Below are positions 37,201-46,175 of a stretch of 55,225 bases of DNA, piece by piece. The number at the start of each line of letters is the position of its first letter. Positions within the stretch are counted from its first letter, which is position 1. Origin of the DNA: a virus (lineage: Duplodnaviria; Caudoviricetes). Position numbers and translations under genes: made by a program. Under the pieces are notes generated by a model. The model made no database searches. It was not told the origin of the DNA and was given only the letters and a program-made list of their open reading frames with translations. Location of the stretch: positions 1 to 55,225 of IMG/VR virus record IMGVR_UViG_3300020473_000034. One strand, written 5' to 3'.

Positions 37201-38825
37201 ATACTACTGCCGGGAATCAAGGAAGAGATGCAAAAATTACAGTAACAATTGGTAATAATACTATAGATACGATATATCTTACTGATATTAAAGGAAAAAG
37301 TGGTACAGGTGGTAGTTGGACTAATGGTATAGCATTAAAATATTTTAAGGATGATGGTACTGTAGAATCTGGTGTTAATTCTAATTACAATGTTGAAAGC
37401 ACTAATGGATATATAGATACTGGTGGTGTAAATGATGGAAATCACCTAAAGATTAACCAATTTAATCATGGTATGTATAGTTCTACAAATAAAGTAGAAT
37501 TGAGTAATATTAAATCTGATCAACCAACTTCTACATTAACAGCAAACTTGATAAGGTCAGAAACAAGTACAATTAGTGTTGCTTCTACTTTACCATTCCA
37601 ATATTTTGAAGGAATTGAAGTTAATGCCAATACATCTTACAAAGGATATGTAAAAATTGGTAATGAGGTTATAGAGTATGATAATGTTACTGCAAATGGA
37701 TTAAGTATAGCATCAAACGGTAGAGGAGTGGAGGGAAATACCATAATTCATGATATAGGTGATACTGTTGAAAAATATGAATTAAATGGTGTTTCTTTAA
37801 GAAGAATTTGTATATCTTCTGGAAAACAAATTAGTTCAAATGATATTGGAATGGATCATTATCATCTTGAATTTGATAATGGTACCACATACGGACAAGA
37901 TAGAAGTTCAGATGAAGTATATGGTGGAGTTCAATACCCACAATTATCATTTAATAGTGATGCATTAGTTGGTGGAAATGGTGCTAGAGCAACTCAGAAT
38001 CTCATATATTCTGCTATAGTTCCTAGATATGATGCTCTTACTCCAAGTGGAGTTGATGGATCATCAACAAGTCTTACTGGTAGTATAAGAACTGTTAGTG
38101 GCAGTAGTGTTGATGGAACTGAAGGGTCATTTAATGATCAAGGATATCAAGATATTCAATTAAATTCGTTTAATACTTTAGATAAGGTTTCACTTGTTGC
38201 ATCTAAAGTAAATGAAAATGAATATTTACCAAATATGCCTAGAAATAAATCATTTACGACAGTATTAAATATGAAATCAAATAATGAATATATATCACCA
38301 ATGGTTTATCTTGGAGAATCAAATACTGAATTCATAAGTTATCGTTTAAATAATCCTATTGGTGCTGAAGATTATCCAACAGATAATAGAGTTAATTCTA
38401 TTGTTGATGATCCTCATAGTGCAGTTTACTATTCAACTACTGTTAGATTAACTAAACCTGCTACATCATTAAAAATATTATTAACTGCATTTAGACCAGA
38501 ATCATCAGATATTAGAGTTCTGTATAGATTGGAAAGAACGGATTCAAGTGGAGTTGTTGGTGAATTTGAATTATTCCCTGGATATAAAAATTTAATTGAT
38601 AATGATGAAGATGGTTTTGGTGATGTTGTAATTGATGAGGTTAAAAATGATGGTAGATCGGATTCATTTGTTGGTCCTAGTGTAAGTAATAGATTCTTGG
38701 ATTATAGATATACTGCTGATAATCTAGATTTATTTAATGGATATACTATTAAGATTGTTATGTCTGGTACAAATCAGGCACAACCACCAAGGATTAGAGA
38801 ACTTAGGAGTGTAGCTGTAAGATGA
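31248..38825 (+). CDS. Large virion structural protein, VrlC/DUF4815-like (2525 aa)
   Basis: TNLNISPYYDDF..FYKVLYKPG.PVQARELT, APGADRLKI, RTYDESGDY and RFKTGFFVD motifs. Follows gp8. Confidence 0.8.
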   Translation: MAQKTNLNISPYYDDFESDKNFYKVLYKPGFPVQARELTGSQSIVQNQIQSFGDHIFKEGSVVIPGDIAYVGNYSAVKLSPENYGTDISLYIKDYIGKKITGRSSGINATVKHVALPNTDPVDDVTIYVTYTSADNNNQIGSFIDGEQLVCSDNINYGNTTINADTPFASLISSDATAIGSAAYIQKGVYFIRGYFVNVSSQTIILDYYGNAPSYRVGLKVDELIVNAKDDDSLYDNAKGFNNFAAPGADRLKINLTLVKKVLEDQDDTDFVELLRIKNGKIKIINSKTDYNIVKDWIAERTYDESGDYTVNPFKLSVLNSLNDNLGNGGLFYKDEKTDQLNTPSDNLMCLKISDGKAYVNGYDVEKTGTTIIDVEKPRDVGINSTGSVNFNIGSVLRVNKVSGVIKQGGPVQLFSELGQQGDIIGVARAYGINLRNEEYKDNTTVWDLRLFDIQTNTQITLNEDVNATQLPNTSFVKGKSSGASGYATAAGSGKRIDLNQTTGTFFKGEQIQINGVDFPRSIGISTVFGTQGIKSVKQLSVDNYPEFTADSQLDVFALPNGIRNVSIDGAGKVTAGAKQFSGLRPGAVVIYKTSSDDITYNKVTSIDAGGTSLEIEAITPDVAGVFEGALGSNITVDMYVGAPIVRGSGRLHAPLGNLNVSTVDLSNSNIKVTKQYKPGGALSGSLTVSISNLSGTYPEITSSNSTFESFDEERYSLHHSGGTIGTINEDTFAYNNSGDQIVLSNLGTPSGTNWVLNVSVKKNGIQSKIKDYNKSRMLDVVYSKYETSGDVAIGIGASTLADGLTYDQNQRYGLRVQDEKISLNCPDVAKFIAVYESIDAEKPTLDQFRFSSTAAVQTNAVLGENIVGYSSKAIARVVEKSSTEGNTLGIVYLTGARFNEGETVNFEESNIDTNIEEITNGIYKDLTNSFKLDKGQKDEYYDYSSIVRNAGVSEPSGRLLVIFDYYSVPNDDEGDLFTALSYDKDRFNYDIPSIGVSGIRATDTLDFRPRVADYNVNTSTVSPFNIESRDFSGSIKQYVVPDETSSLGYEYYLPRIDKVYLNKFGEFVYEKGISSPDPKPPVRTEGVMELGTVNLPPYLYNPESATLSLKDNRRFTMRDIGNIEDRVSNLEEVTTLSLLEMDIQSLQIQDSEGRNRFKTGFFVDPFRNYRSISRQSQIQINRRAQELIPVRSRNTLASQITPKLSTTSSSLDFNSNFELFDENVQKTGDAVTLKYDEEVWFGQYYATLLKDGSLGIINVNPYELPAILGNVDLQPNTDVWTRTHQLDDNIINQSGTDSSVDLNLAANGTLDLGDITNTTQTSEHHVDPSSNIQTGTTVTSNTSDINSSLVLTGSDSVQISNTDITIQNRLVSSSAEDHMRSRNTEFKASGFPGGVRTYLFIDGQKIEDVIPKLVAISKTSGGNEYGSDINFIVNENVVAEDPTTGEEIMTFKLCRPDHKSGPVTGQPEEVYAKDPYSNSDLSNQYTISSTVLNIDTRALAEEAQGQYFGYLVANAKLIGQESGAVAYVKDWENTKMVSDEYGDVIGTFFLRDPNETPQPPIKITTGRKSVRVTTSSTNVKVPAGQDPDIVIAEGVYTAQGTYEVWQNDRTIRVDTTTVNASFTATVNAEGTITNNHEHTVTAEYSDPVAQTFVVGGNVNAPSAVGANEDFNGLFLTAVEVFFASIEDETNAPIRCEIRTTTGDARPSRTILGRSRTLYPFTTNENGQRVQNIQTDDVNASVGTKFTFPEPIFLPPGESYCFVLLAPRSVRYTVWLGEHGGQAVNPQSIPGSTGESTTYSRQYGAGALFKSQNGALWTEDQTQDMKFVLYRAKFTSSEGSVFFNNPDLDASNGFTPRLRRNALRTLPKTGYLRIGYYDGTGGGVDQLHEWIKPGRKLAAGTDNKSTAVVESVGSRGVISGASNILDGGANYTTSNTVDTYTITGRGSGLKLNITSVDSTTGAITGVSLSAAGSGYQEGDVVGIDNTTAGNQGRDAKITVTIGNNTIDTIYLTDIKGKSGTGGSWTNGIALKYFKDDGTVESGVNSNYNVESTNGYIDTGGVNDGNHLKINQFNHGMYSSTNKVELSNIKSDQPTSTLTANLIRSETSTISVASTLPFQYFEGIEVNANTSYKGYVKIGNEVIEYDNVTANGLSIASNGRGVEGNTIIHDIGDTVEKYELNGVSLRRICISSGKQISSNDIGMDHYHLEFDNGTTYGQDRSSDEVYGGVQYPQLSFNSDALVGGNGARATQNLIYSAIVPRYDALTPSGVDGSSTSLTGSIRTVSGSSVDGTEGSFNDQGYQDIQLNSFNTLDKVSLVASKVNENEYLPNMPRNKSFTTVLNMKSNNEYISPMVYLGESNTEFISYRLNNPIGAEDYPTDNRVNSIVDDPHSAVYYSTTVRLTKPATSLKILLTAFRPESSDIRVLYRLERTDSSGVVGEFELFPGYKNLIDNDEDGFGDVVIDEVKNDGRSDSFVGPSVSNRFLDYRYTADNLDLFNGYTIKIVMSGTNQAQPPRIRELRSVAVR

Positions 38826-39028
38826 TTAAAGTTGAAGGACACCCAAATCTCTATAGAGATGAAAAAACTGGTGCAATAATTAATTGTGATGATAATGGTT
38901 ATGATGAATATGTAAAATCTTTACATATTAGGGAAAAAAAGGACAGAGAACTCAGTGATATGAGAAAAGATATTGATGAAATCAAGTCTTCTCTGGCAAT
39001 TTTAATCAATGGCCTTAATAAGTCCTAA
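38822..39028 (+). CDS. Conserved small protein (KVEGHPNLYRDEKTGAIIN)
   Basis: ORF track and a C-terminal coiled coil. Confidence 0.8.
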   Translation: MIKVEGHPNLYRDEKTGAIINCDDNGYDEYVKSLHIREKKDRELSDMRKDIDEIKSSLAILINGLNKS

Positions 39029-39057
39029 ATAATAAGAGAAGTTATTATTAGAAATAG

Positions 39058-39399
39058 ATGGCAGCTGTATATGTTTCTAATCTTGTAATCAACGCAGGAG
39101 CCACATTTAGTCAACAATTTGATTTAGCACAGAGTGACGATTCTTCCCCATTGAATCTCACTGGGTATACGATTGCGGCACAAATTAGAAAACATGCTGG
39201 AAGTTCCAATTCTGTAGCATTTACTGCTACCGCAATGGATGCTGTTAATGGGTTGGTATTGATTTCGTTGACTCCAGTACAAACTGCCTCATTAAAAACA
39301 GGTAGACATGTTTATGATATTGTTATAACTGATTCTGCTGGTGATAAAACACGGGTTGTCGAAGGATCAGTTCTTGTTCGGGAAGGGGTTACCAGATAA
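39058..39399 (+). CDS. Small virion structural protein (beta-sandwich adaptor-type)
   Basis: NLVINAGATF..LTGYT..AQIRKH..GRHVYDI..TRVVEG motif. Late-promoter-like CTAAATA upstream. Confidence 0.75.
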   Translation: MAAVYVSNLVINAGATFSQQFDLAQSDDSSPLNLTGYTIAAQIRKHAGSSNSVAFTATAMDAVNGLVLISLTPVQTASLKTGRHVYDIVITDSAGDKTRVVEGSVLVREGVTR

Positions 39400-40424
39400 T
39401 GGCAGCAATTAAAGTTAGAGTTGGACAAGCAGATGCTGTAAAAGTTATCTCCAGTCAAGGTGGAGGTTCAATTTCAGCACAAAATGCAACAAATGTAATT
39501 GGTGGTATTGCATCGGTTACTCAGTTGAATGTTTCTGGTGTTTCAACTTTTCTTAATGATGTTAGTATTACAGGTGCAACAACACTTGCTGTTAATGGTG
39601 GTATAACAACCACTGGTGGTGATTTATATGTTGGTGGTGATTTATATGTTGGTGATGATATAACGTTTGATGAAATAAATGGTAGAAATCTTAATATTAC
39701 TGGTAATTCAACATTAAATGTATTAGGTGTTTCTGGAATTGTTACCACTAATCATTTATTGGTAACAGGTATTGCAACCATAGGTGGATCAACCATAAAT
39801 GATGGAACATTTGAGCAAATAAAAGTTGCTGGTGTATCTACATTTGTTGGGCAAGTTAATTTCCAATCACATGCAACATTTCAAGATAATGATAAGATAA
39901 AATTAGGAACTGATGAAGATTTTGTTTTATATCATAATAATTCAAATGCATATATTACCAATAATACTGGAAATCTATACATAATTAATAATGTAAATGA
40001 TGATGATGATGGAGATGTTGTTATCCAGGCTAAGTCTGGTGAAAACTCTGCCATATTTTATGATGATGAAGGTGTAGCTCTTTTTTATAATGGTGTACAA
40101 AAATTCATCACTACAAATGATGGATTAATTGTAAGTGGTATTGCTACTGCAACTTCATTTAGAGGTGCTGGAAATACTGCTGCTTCATTCCCACTTGGAT
40201 TGACAGCAACAAATGCTACTTTTAGTGGAAATGTAAGTGTTGGTGGAACATTAACCTACGAAGATGTAACTAATATTGATTCGGTAGGTCTTATTACTGC
40301 TAGAACAGGAGTAAGAATAACAAATGGTGGATTGATTGTAACTGCAGGTGTTTCCACTTTTAATGATGCAGTTAATATAACTGGAACATTATCTGCAGGA
40401 CTTATAGATGGAGGATCGTTCTGA
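39399..40424 (+). CDS. Tail-fibre-like structural protein
   Basis: Repeated VSGVSTF/VTGIAT motifs and GTLTYEDVTNIDSVGLITAR, typical of cyanophage fibres. Confidence 0.75.
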   Translation: MAAIKVRVGQADAVKVISSQGGGSISAQNATNVIGGIASVTQLNVSGVSTFLNDVSITGATTLAVNGGITTTGGDLYVGGDLYVGDDITFDEINGRNLNITGNSTLNVLGVSGIVTTNHLLVTGIATIGGSTINDGTFEQIKVAGVSTFVGQVNFQSHATFQDNDKIKLGTDEDFVLYHNNSNAYITNNTGNLYIINNVNDDDDGDVVIQAKSGENSAIFYDDEGVALFYNGVQKFITTNDGLIVSGIATATSFRGAGNTAASFPLGLTATNATFSGNVSVGGTLTYEDVTNIDSVGLITARTGVRITNGGLIVTAGVSTFNDAVNITGTLSAGLIDGGSF

Positions 40425-41269
40425 TGGCAAAACCAACTACTAAACAAGAATTAATTGATTATGCTCTTAGGAAATTAGGAGCTCCTGTTTTAGAAATTAA
40501 TGTAGACGAAGATCAAATAGATGATGCTGTAGATGACACTATACAATTATTCAATGAACGTCATTATGATGGTATTGAAAGAATGTATTTAAAATATGAG
40601 TTAACTCAGGATGATATTGATAGGGGAAAAGCATCTGGTACAACTGGAGTTGGTATTGTAACTACTACCGCAGAATCAACATCTGTTAGTGGTTTGGGTA
40701 CTATTACTTCTAATTGGTATGAAAATTCTAATTTCCTTCAGGTTCCAGATTCTGTAATTGGGGTAGAAAAGATATTTAAATTTGATAGTAGTACTATATC
40801 AGGTGGGATGTTCAGTCTTAAATATCAATTATTTTTGAATGACTTATATAGATTTAATTCAATTGATCTTCTTCAATATTCAATGACAAAAACATATCTT
40901 GAAGATATTGATTTTTTACTTACAACAGATAAACAACTAAGATTCAATAAGAAACAGGATAGATTGTATATTGATATTGATTGGGCTGCTGAAGAGGCAG
41001 GTACATATCTTGTTCTTGATTGTTATAGAGCATTAGATCCTGAAGCATTTAAGCAAATTTATAATGATAGTTTTGTAAAACCATATGTAACTGCTTTAAT
41101 TAAGAAGCAATGGGGTCAGAATTTGATCAAATTTAAAGGAACTAAACTTCCTGGTGGAATTGAACTTAATGGTAGGGAATTATATGACGACGCAGTTAAT
41201 GAATTATCAGAAATTAAAGAAAGGATGACTTTAGAATATGAAGTTCCACCCCTTGATATGATAGGATAA
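40424..41269 (+). CDS. gp13: Neck protein gp13
   Basis: LIDYALRKLGAPVLEINV...KKQWGQNLIKF...LPGGIELNG motifs. Confidence 0.93.
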   Translation: MAKPTTKQELIDYALRKLGAPVLEINVDEDQIDDAVDDTIQLFNERHYDGIERMYLKYELTQDDIDRGKASGTTGVGIVTTTAESTSVSGLGTITSNWYENSNFLQVPDSVIGVEKIFKFDSSTISGGMFSLKYQLFLNDLYRFNSIDLLQYSMTKTYLEDIDFLLTTDKQLRFNKKQDRLYIDIDWAAEEAGTYLVLDCYRALDPEAFKQIYNDSFVKPYVTALIKKQWGQNLIKFKGTKLPGGIELNGRELYDDAVNELSEIKERMTLEYEVPPLDMIG

Positions 41270-41273
41270 GATA

Positions 41274-42710
41274 ATGCCATTAAATCCCTTTTTTCTACAA
41301 GGTTCACAGAGTGAGCAACGACTTGTTCAAGATTTAATTAATGAACAATTAGGAATATATGGTGTAGAGGTATTGTATCTACCCAGAAGAATTGTTAAGA
41401 AAGATAGCCTTTTCACTGAATTAGAATCTTCTAGGTTTAGTGATAATTTTGCTATAGAAGCATATGTAAACACCTATGAGGGATATGGTGGTGCAGGTGA
41501 TATAATGACAAAGTTTGGTATGAGTTTGAAAGATGAATTAACGGTAACAATATCTAAAGAAAGATTTGAAGATTTTATATCTCCATTTTTGATACAAATG
41601 CCAGCAGATCAGATAGAAGTTACATCTAGACCTAGTGAAGGAGATTTAATTTATTTTCCATTAGGTAAAAGAATTTTTGAAATTAAATTTGTAGAACATG
41701 AAAAACCTTTTTATCAGCTAGGTAAAAATTATGTTTATGAACTACAGTGTGAACTATTCGAACTTGAAGATGAAATGGGTGGATGGGATCAAGTTGATGC
41801 TAATAGTGAGGAAATTGATAATACATTAGTAGAATCTGGATATATAACATCTTTAAAACTTATTTCCATTGGTTCAACAGCATCTTTGGGAGTAACAACT
41901 ACTACTGGATATGTAAGAAATATTATTCTCAATAATGATGGATATGATTATACAAAAGTTCCTAGTGTTGCAATTAGTACTGCACCTTCTGGAGGAGTTA
42001 ATGCAACTGCTGTAGCAATAACAACTTCTATTAATGGTATCTACTCTGTTAAAGAAATTCTATTAACGAATGCTGGTGCTGGATATACAGTCACACCTAC
42101 AGTTACTATAGTTAGTGCTGGTGCTACTATTTTGGGTATTGGTTCTACAACATATGGTGTTGGAGCAGCTGCTACTGCAACATTAGTAACTTCTGGTACT
42201 GGTATTGGAGAAGTTTCTATTGGTCTTGGTAATAGTGGAACGGGATATCCTTCAGAACCAACAGTATACTTTGGAACGCCAACTTCTGGTATAGGTACTG
42301 CAGTTGGTAGAGCAGAAATTAGTTCTGATAATATGGTAACTAGAATTCTTATTTCTGATGCTGGTATTGGATATGATAATACTACTGGAATTGCAACCGT
42401 TTCACCACCACCAGTTATTACAGGTATAGGTACATACAAGTTTAATGAGATTGTAACTGGTTCTCTTTCTTCTGCTAAAGGTAGAGTTAAGACTTGGGAT
42501 GTTACCAAAGGAGTTCTTAAGTTGGGTACAACTGATGGAACATTTGTTTCTGGTGATATTGCAATTGGATCTACATCTGGAGCTCAATATACTGTTGACT
42601 ATATACAGGAAGCAGAATTTTCTGATAAATACGATAAAGGTGATGAAATCGAAACAGAAGCTGATTCTATTATCGATTTCTCAGAAACTAATCCATTTGG
42701 TCAAGTATAA
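41274..42710 (+). CDS. gp14: Neck protein gp14 with an inserted repeat region
   Basis: EQRLVQDLINEQ, RPSEGDLIYFP and FSETNPFG C-terminus. Confidence 0.92.
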   Translation: MPLNPFFLQGSQSEQRLVQDLINEQLGIYGVEVLYLPRRIVKKDSLFTELESSRFSDNFAIEAYVNTYEGYGGAGDIMTKFGMSLKDELTVTISKERFEDFISPFLIQMPADQIEVTSRPSEGDLIYFPLGKRIFEIKFVEHEKPFYQLGKNYVYELQCELFELEDEMGGWDQVDANSEEIDNTLVESGYITSLKLISIGSTASLGVTTTTGYVRNIILNNDGYDYTKVPSVAISTAPSGGVNATAVAITTSINGIYSVKEILLTNAGAGYTVTPTVTIVSAGATILGIGSTTYGVGAAATATLVTSGTGIGEVSIGLGNSGTGYPSEPTVYFGTPTSGIGTAVGRAEISSDNMVTRILISDAGIGYDNTTGIATVSPPPVITGIGTYKFNEIVTGSLSSAKGRVKTWDVTKGVLKLGTTDGTFVSGDIAIGSTSGAQYTVDYIQEAEFSDKYDKGDEIETEADSIIDFSETNPFGQV

Positions 42711-43507
42711 TGTTAGGTACTTATTATTACCATGAAATAATGCGAAAGACGATTGTGTCTTTTGGAACATTATTTAATCAACTATATATCCGTCATGATG
42801 ATGCCGCCGGAAATACATATAGTGAACTTAAAGTTCCATTAGCATATGGTCCTGCACAGAAATTTCTTGCTAGGTTGGAACAACAGGCTGATTTAAATAA
42901 ACCTGTTCAAACAACTCTTCCTAGAATGTCATTTGAAATGACTTCAGTAAATTATGATTCTACAAGAAAGGTTGGTGTAACACAGACATTTAAGGCATCT
43001 GATGGAACCAATATGAAAAAGGTTTATATGCCAGTTCCTTATAATGTTGGATTTGAATTAAATATTCTAACTAAATTAAATGATGATGCATTGCAGATTG
43101 TAGAACAGATATTGCCATATTTTCAACCATCATTCAATTTAACTGTAGATTTAGTAAAATCAATAGGAGAAAAGAGAGATATACCAATTGTTTTGGATAG
43201 TATCAATTTCCAAGATGATTATGAAGGAGATTTTTCTACAAGAAGAGCACTTATATACACATTGAATTTTACAGCAAAAACATATCTCTTTGGTCCTGTT
43301 GCAGAGTCTTCAGAGGGTCTTATTAAGAAAGTTCAAGTCGATTATCATACTGATACTAACGTTAAGACATCAAAACGTGAAATGAGATATACTGTTACTC
43401 CTGATCCAGTTGATGCTGGACCAGATGATGATTTTGGATTTAGTGAAACATCAACTGTTTTCTCTGATGCTAAATCATATAGTCCAACACAAAGGAAGGA
43501 TATTTAA
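42710..43507 (+). CDS. gp15: Tail sheath stabilizer/terminator gp15
   Basis: YYHEIMRKTIVSFGTLFN, VPLAYGP.QKFLARL, LPRMSFE and EQILPYFQP motifs. Confidence 0.95.
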   Translation: MLGTYYYHEIMRKTIVSFGTLFNQLYIRHDDAAGNTYSELKVPLAYGPAQKFLARLEQQADLNKPVQTTLPRMSFEMTSVNYDSTRKVGVTQTFKASDGTNMKKVYMPVPYNVGFELNILTKLNDDALQIVEQILPYFQPSFNLTVDLVKSIGEKRDIPIVLDSINFQDDYEGDFSTRRALIYTLNFTAKTYLFGPVAESSEGLIKKVQVDYHTDTNVKTSKREMRYTVTPDPVDAGPDDDFGFSETSTVFSDAKSYSPTQRKDI

Positions 43508-43512
43508 TTATT

Positions 43513-43971
43513 ATGTCTAGTTATGATCCTATAGATGAAGCACTAAACACTACTAGTGCTATTGAAGTGAGTAATACACCTGAAAATGGTGGTATTAGGA
43601 GAAAAGATCAATTAAAAGATGTTAGTGATCATATAGAAAAGGATTACGATTATACTCGTGCCAATCTATATTCATTAATTGAAAAAGGACAAGAAACTTT
43701 AAATGGTATTATGGAACTTGCAGGTGAAAGTGCAAGTCCCAGAGCATATGAAGTTGCAGGGCAGATTATTAAATCAGTTGCTGATACTACTGATAAGTTA
43801 ATGGATCTTCAAAAGAAGGTTAAAGAAGTTGATGAGGAGAAAGTAAAAGGTCCAAGTCAAGTTACAAACAATGCTTTATTTGTTGGATCAACATCAGATT
43901 TATCAAAGATGATTAAACAACAATTTCTAAATACTAATAATACCAAAAATACTAAAAATGAAAAAGTGTAG
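43513..43971 (+). CDS. gp16: Terminase small subunit gp16
   Basis: DYDYTRANLY, SPRAYEVAGQ and NNALFVGST motifs. Confidence 0.93.
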   Translation: MSSYDPIDEALNTTSAIEVSNTPENGGIRRKDQLKDVSDHIEKDYDYTRANLYSLIEKGQETLNGIMELAGESASPRAYEVAGQIIKSVADTTDKLMDLQKKVKEVDEEKVKGPSQVTNNALFVGSTSDLSKMIKQQFLNTNNTKNTKNEKV

Positions 43972-44197
43972 AATTGGTTATTATTATTGTCACACTGAGA
44001 AAAAGTGTAAGAAAATTCCTCTTGGATGGCATGTAGGTCGTGGTGGATATATAGAACAAGATGAAGATAGTAAGAATGGAAAAAATGGTAACGGTGGAAA
44101 TGGTAACGGTAGTTCTGGGAATGGCAACGGTGGCAACGGCAACGGTGGTGGAATGGGAGAATCATACTCTTGGAGAAAAGATTTTGGATTAAAGTGA
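43958..44197 (+). CDS. Small Cys-rich protein with a Gly/Asn low-complexity tail
   Basis: C..GYYYC...KKCKKIP N-terminus and NGNGG repeats. Confidence 0.7.
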   Translation: MKKCRIGYYYCHTEKKCKKIPLGWHVGRGGYIEQDEDSKNGKNGNGGNGNGSSGNGNGGNGNGGGMGESYSWRKDFGLK

Positions 44198-44207
44198 GGT
44201 TTATTTT

Positions 44208-45860
44208 ATGTCTGCAGCTGAAGTATATCTAGGTAATCCCAACCTAAAAAAGGCAAATACGCCTATAGAATTTTCTCAGGATAATATTCTTGAGTTTTTG
44301 AAGTGTAAAGATGACCCAATATATTTTACTAGAAAGTATATAAAAATTGTTTCTCTTGATGAGGGACTAGTTCCTTTTAATATGTACGATTTCCAAGAGA
44401 AATTGATTAGAAGGTTCCATGAGAATAGATTTAATATCTGTAAGATGCCTCGGCAGACAGGTAAATCTACTACATGTATATCATATCTTTTACATTATGC
44501 AGTTTTTAATGATAATGTCAACATTGCTGTTCTGGCAAACAAGGCATCTACTGCTAGAGATTTATTAGGTAGATTACAACTTGCATATGAAAATTTGCCT
44601 AGATGGATGCAACAAGGTATAATATCATGGAATAAAGGTTCTTTAGAGTTAGAAAATGGATCAAAAATTTCAGCTAACTCTACGTCTTCATCTGCTGTCC
44701 GAGGTGGTTCCTATAATGTCATCTTTCTCGACGAGTTCGCATTCATCCCGAATCACATTGCTGACGACTTCTTTGCCTCTGTTTATCCTACTATTACGTC
44801 TGGACAAAGTACTAAAGTAATTATCGTTTCAACCCCAAGGGGTATGAACCATTTCTATCGTATGTGGCACGATAGTGAAAAAGGTAAAAGTGAATATGTA
44901 CCAACTGATGTTCATTGGTCTGAAGTTCCAGGTAGAGATTCTGTATGGAAAGAACAAACAATAGCAAACACATCAGAAGCACAATTTAAGATTGAGTTTG
45001 AATGTGAGTTCTTAGGATCTGTTAATACTCTAATCAATCCAGCAAAACTTAAAAATCTTGTATATGAAGAACCATTAAAACGAAATGCAGGTCTCGATAT
45101 TTATGAAGATCCTGTAAAGGATCATAATTATGTAATGACAGTTGATGTTGCCAGAGGATTGGGAAATGATTATTCTGCATTTATAGTTTTTGATACTACA
45201 GAGTTTCCGTATAGAGTAGTTGCTAAGTATAGGAATAATGAAATAAAACCCATGCTATTTCCCAATATTATTATGGATGTGGCAAAAGGATACAATGAAG
45301 CATTTTTATTGGTAGAAGTTAATGATATTGGAGATCAGGTTGCAAGTATTATTCAATATGATTTGGAATATGAGAATCTTCTTATGGCATCTATGAGAGG
45401 ACGTAATGGACAAGTTGTTGGACAAGGATTTTCTGGAAAGAAAACACAACTTGGTGTACGAATGACATCTGCAGTTAAAAAATTAGGATGTAGTAATCTT
45501 AAAGCAATAATTGAAGATGATAAATTATTATCTTGTGATTATGAGATTATATCAGAATTAACTACATTTGCACAAAAAGGTAATTCATTTGAAGCAGAAG
45601 AAGGATGTAATGATGACTTAGCAATGTGTCTTGTTATATTTGCTTGGTTAGTTGCACAAGATTATTTCAAAGAAATGACAGATAATGATATTCGTAAGAG
45701 ACTTTATGAAGAACAAAAGAATCAGATAGAGCAAGATATGGCTCCATTTGGATTTATTTCAGATGGATTTGATAGTATGGAAAGTTTTAAGGATAAAGAT
45801 GGTGATACTTGGCATACTGATGAGTATGGTGATCGTTCTTATATGTGGGATTATATGTAA
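44208..45860 (+). CDS. gp17: Terminase large subunit gp17
   Basis: YLGNPNLKK, PRQTGKST (Walker A), IFLDEFAF, VDVARG and DDLAM motifs. Confidence 0.97.
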   Translation: MSAAEVYLGNPNLKKANTPIEFSQDNILEFLKCKDDPIYFTRKYIKIVSLDEGLVPFNMYDFQEKLIRRFHENRFNICKMPRQTGKSTTCISYLLHYAVFNDNVNIAVLANKASTARDLLGRLQLAYENLPRWMQQGIISWNKGSLELENGSKISANSTSSSAVRGGSYNVIFLDEFAFIPNHIADDFFASVYPTITSGQSTKVIIVSTPRGMNHFYRMWHDSEKGKSEYVPTDVHWSEVPGRDSVWKEQTIANTSEAQFKIEFECEFLGSVNTLINPAKLKNLVYEEPLKRNAGLDIYEDPVKDHNYVMTVDVARGLGNDYSAFIVFDTTEFPYRVVAKYRNNEIKPMLFPNIIMDVAKGYNEAFLLVEVNDIGDQVASIIQYDLEYENLLMASMRGRNGQVVGQGFSGKKTQLGVRMTSAVKKLGCSNLKAIIEDDKLLSCDYEIISELTTFAQKGNSFEAEEGCNDDLAMCLVIFAWLVAQDYFKEMTDNDIRKRLYEEQKNQIEQDMAPFGFISDGFDSMESFKDKDGDTWHTDEYGDRSYMWDYM

Positions 45861-46091
45861 GTGGAGATAGATGAACAGGTCAAATTAGGTCACCTATTAT
45901 TTTCAGAAAGAAAATGTAGGATTTGTGGGGAAACAAAAGATTTGATTGATGGTTTTTATATCACACGCAAAAATAGAAAGAATTTAATGTCTTCTTATTC
46001 TTATGAATGTAAAGTGTGTACTATAAGAAGAGTTGTAGAAAATAGAAAAAAAAGTAAACCATTTGAAGATTGGAATTATCCAGACTGGTAG
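45861..46091 (+). CDS. Small zinc-binding protein (CRIC...CKVC)
   Basis: Two CxxC pairs and a GTG start right after gp17. Confidence 0.7.
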   Translation: MEIDEQVKLGHLLFSERKCRICGETKDLIDGFYITRKNRKNLMSSYSYECKVCTIRRVVENRKKSKPFEDWNYPDW

Positions 46092-46175
46092 GTTGTTCAT
46101 GCAATGTTTCCCCAACGAAAATCCCTGTTTTCATAAATATTTTTAGATAAATTTGGATTGCGAGGGGAAAACAAG

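Noticed and set aside
41900-42420. G.GY...PTV repeat insertion in gp14
   Set aside because: The same beta-repeat occurs in gp7, gp8 and the VrlC-like protein and is common in cyanophage structural proteins, so it is not unusual by itself.
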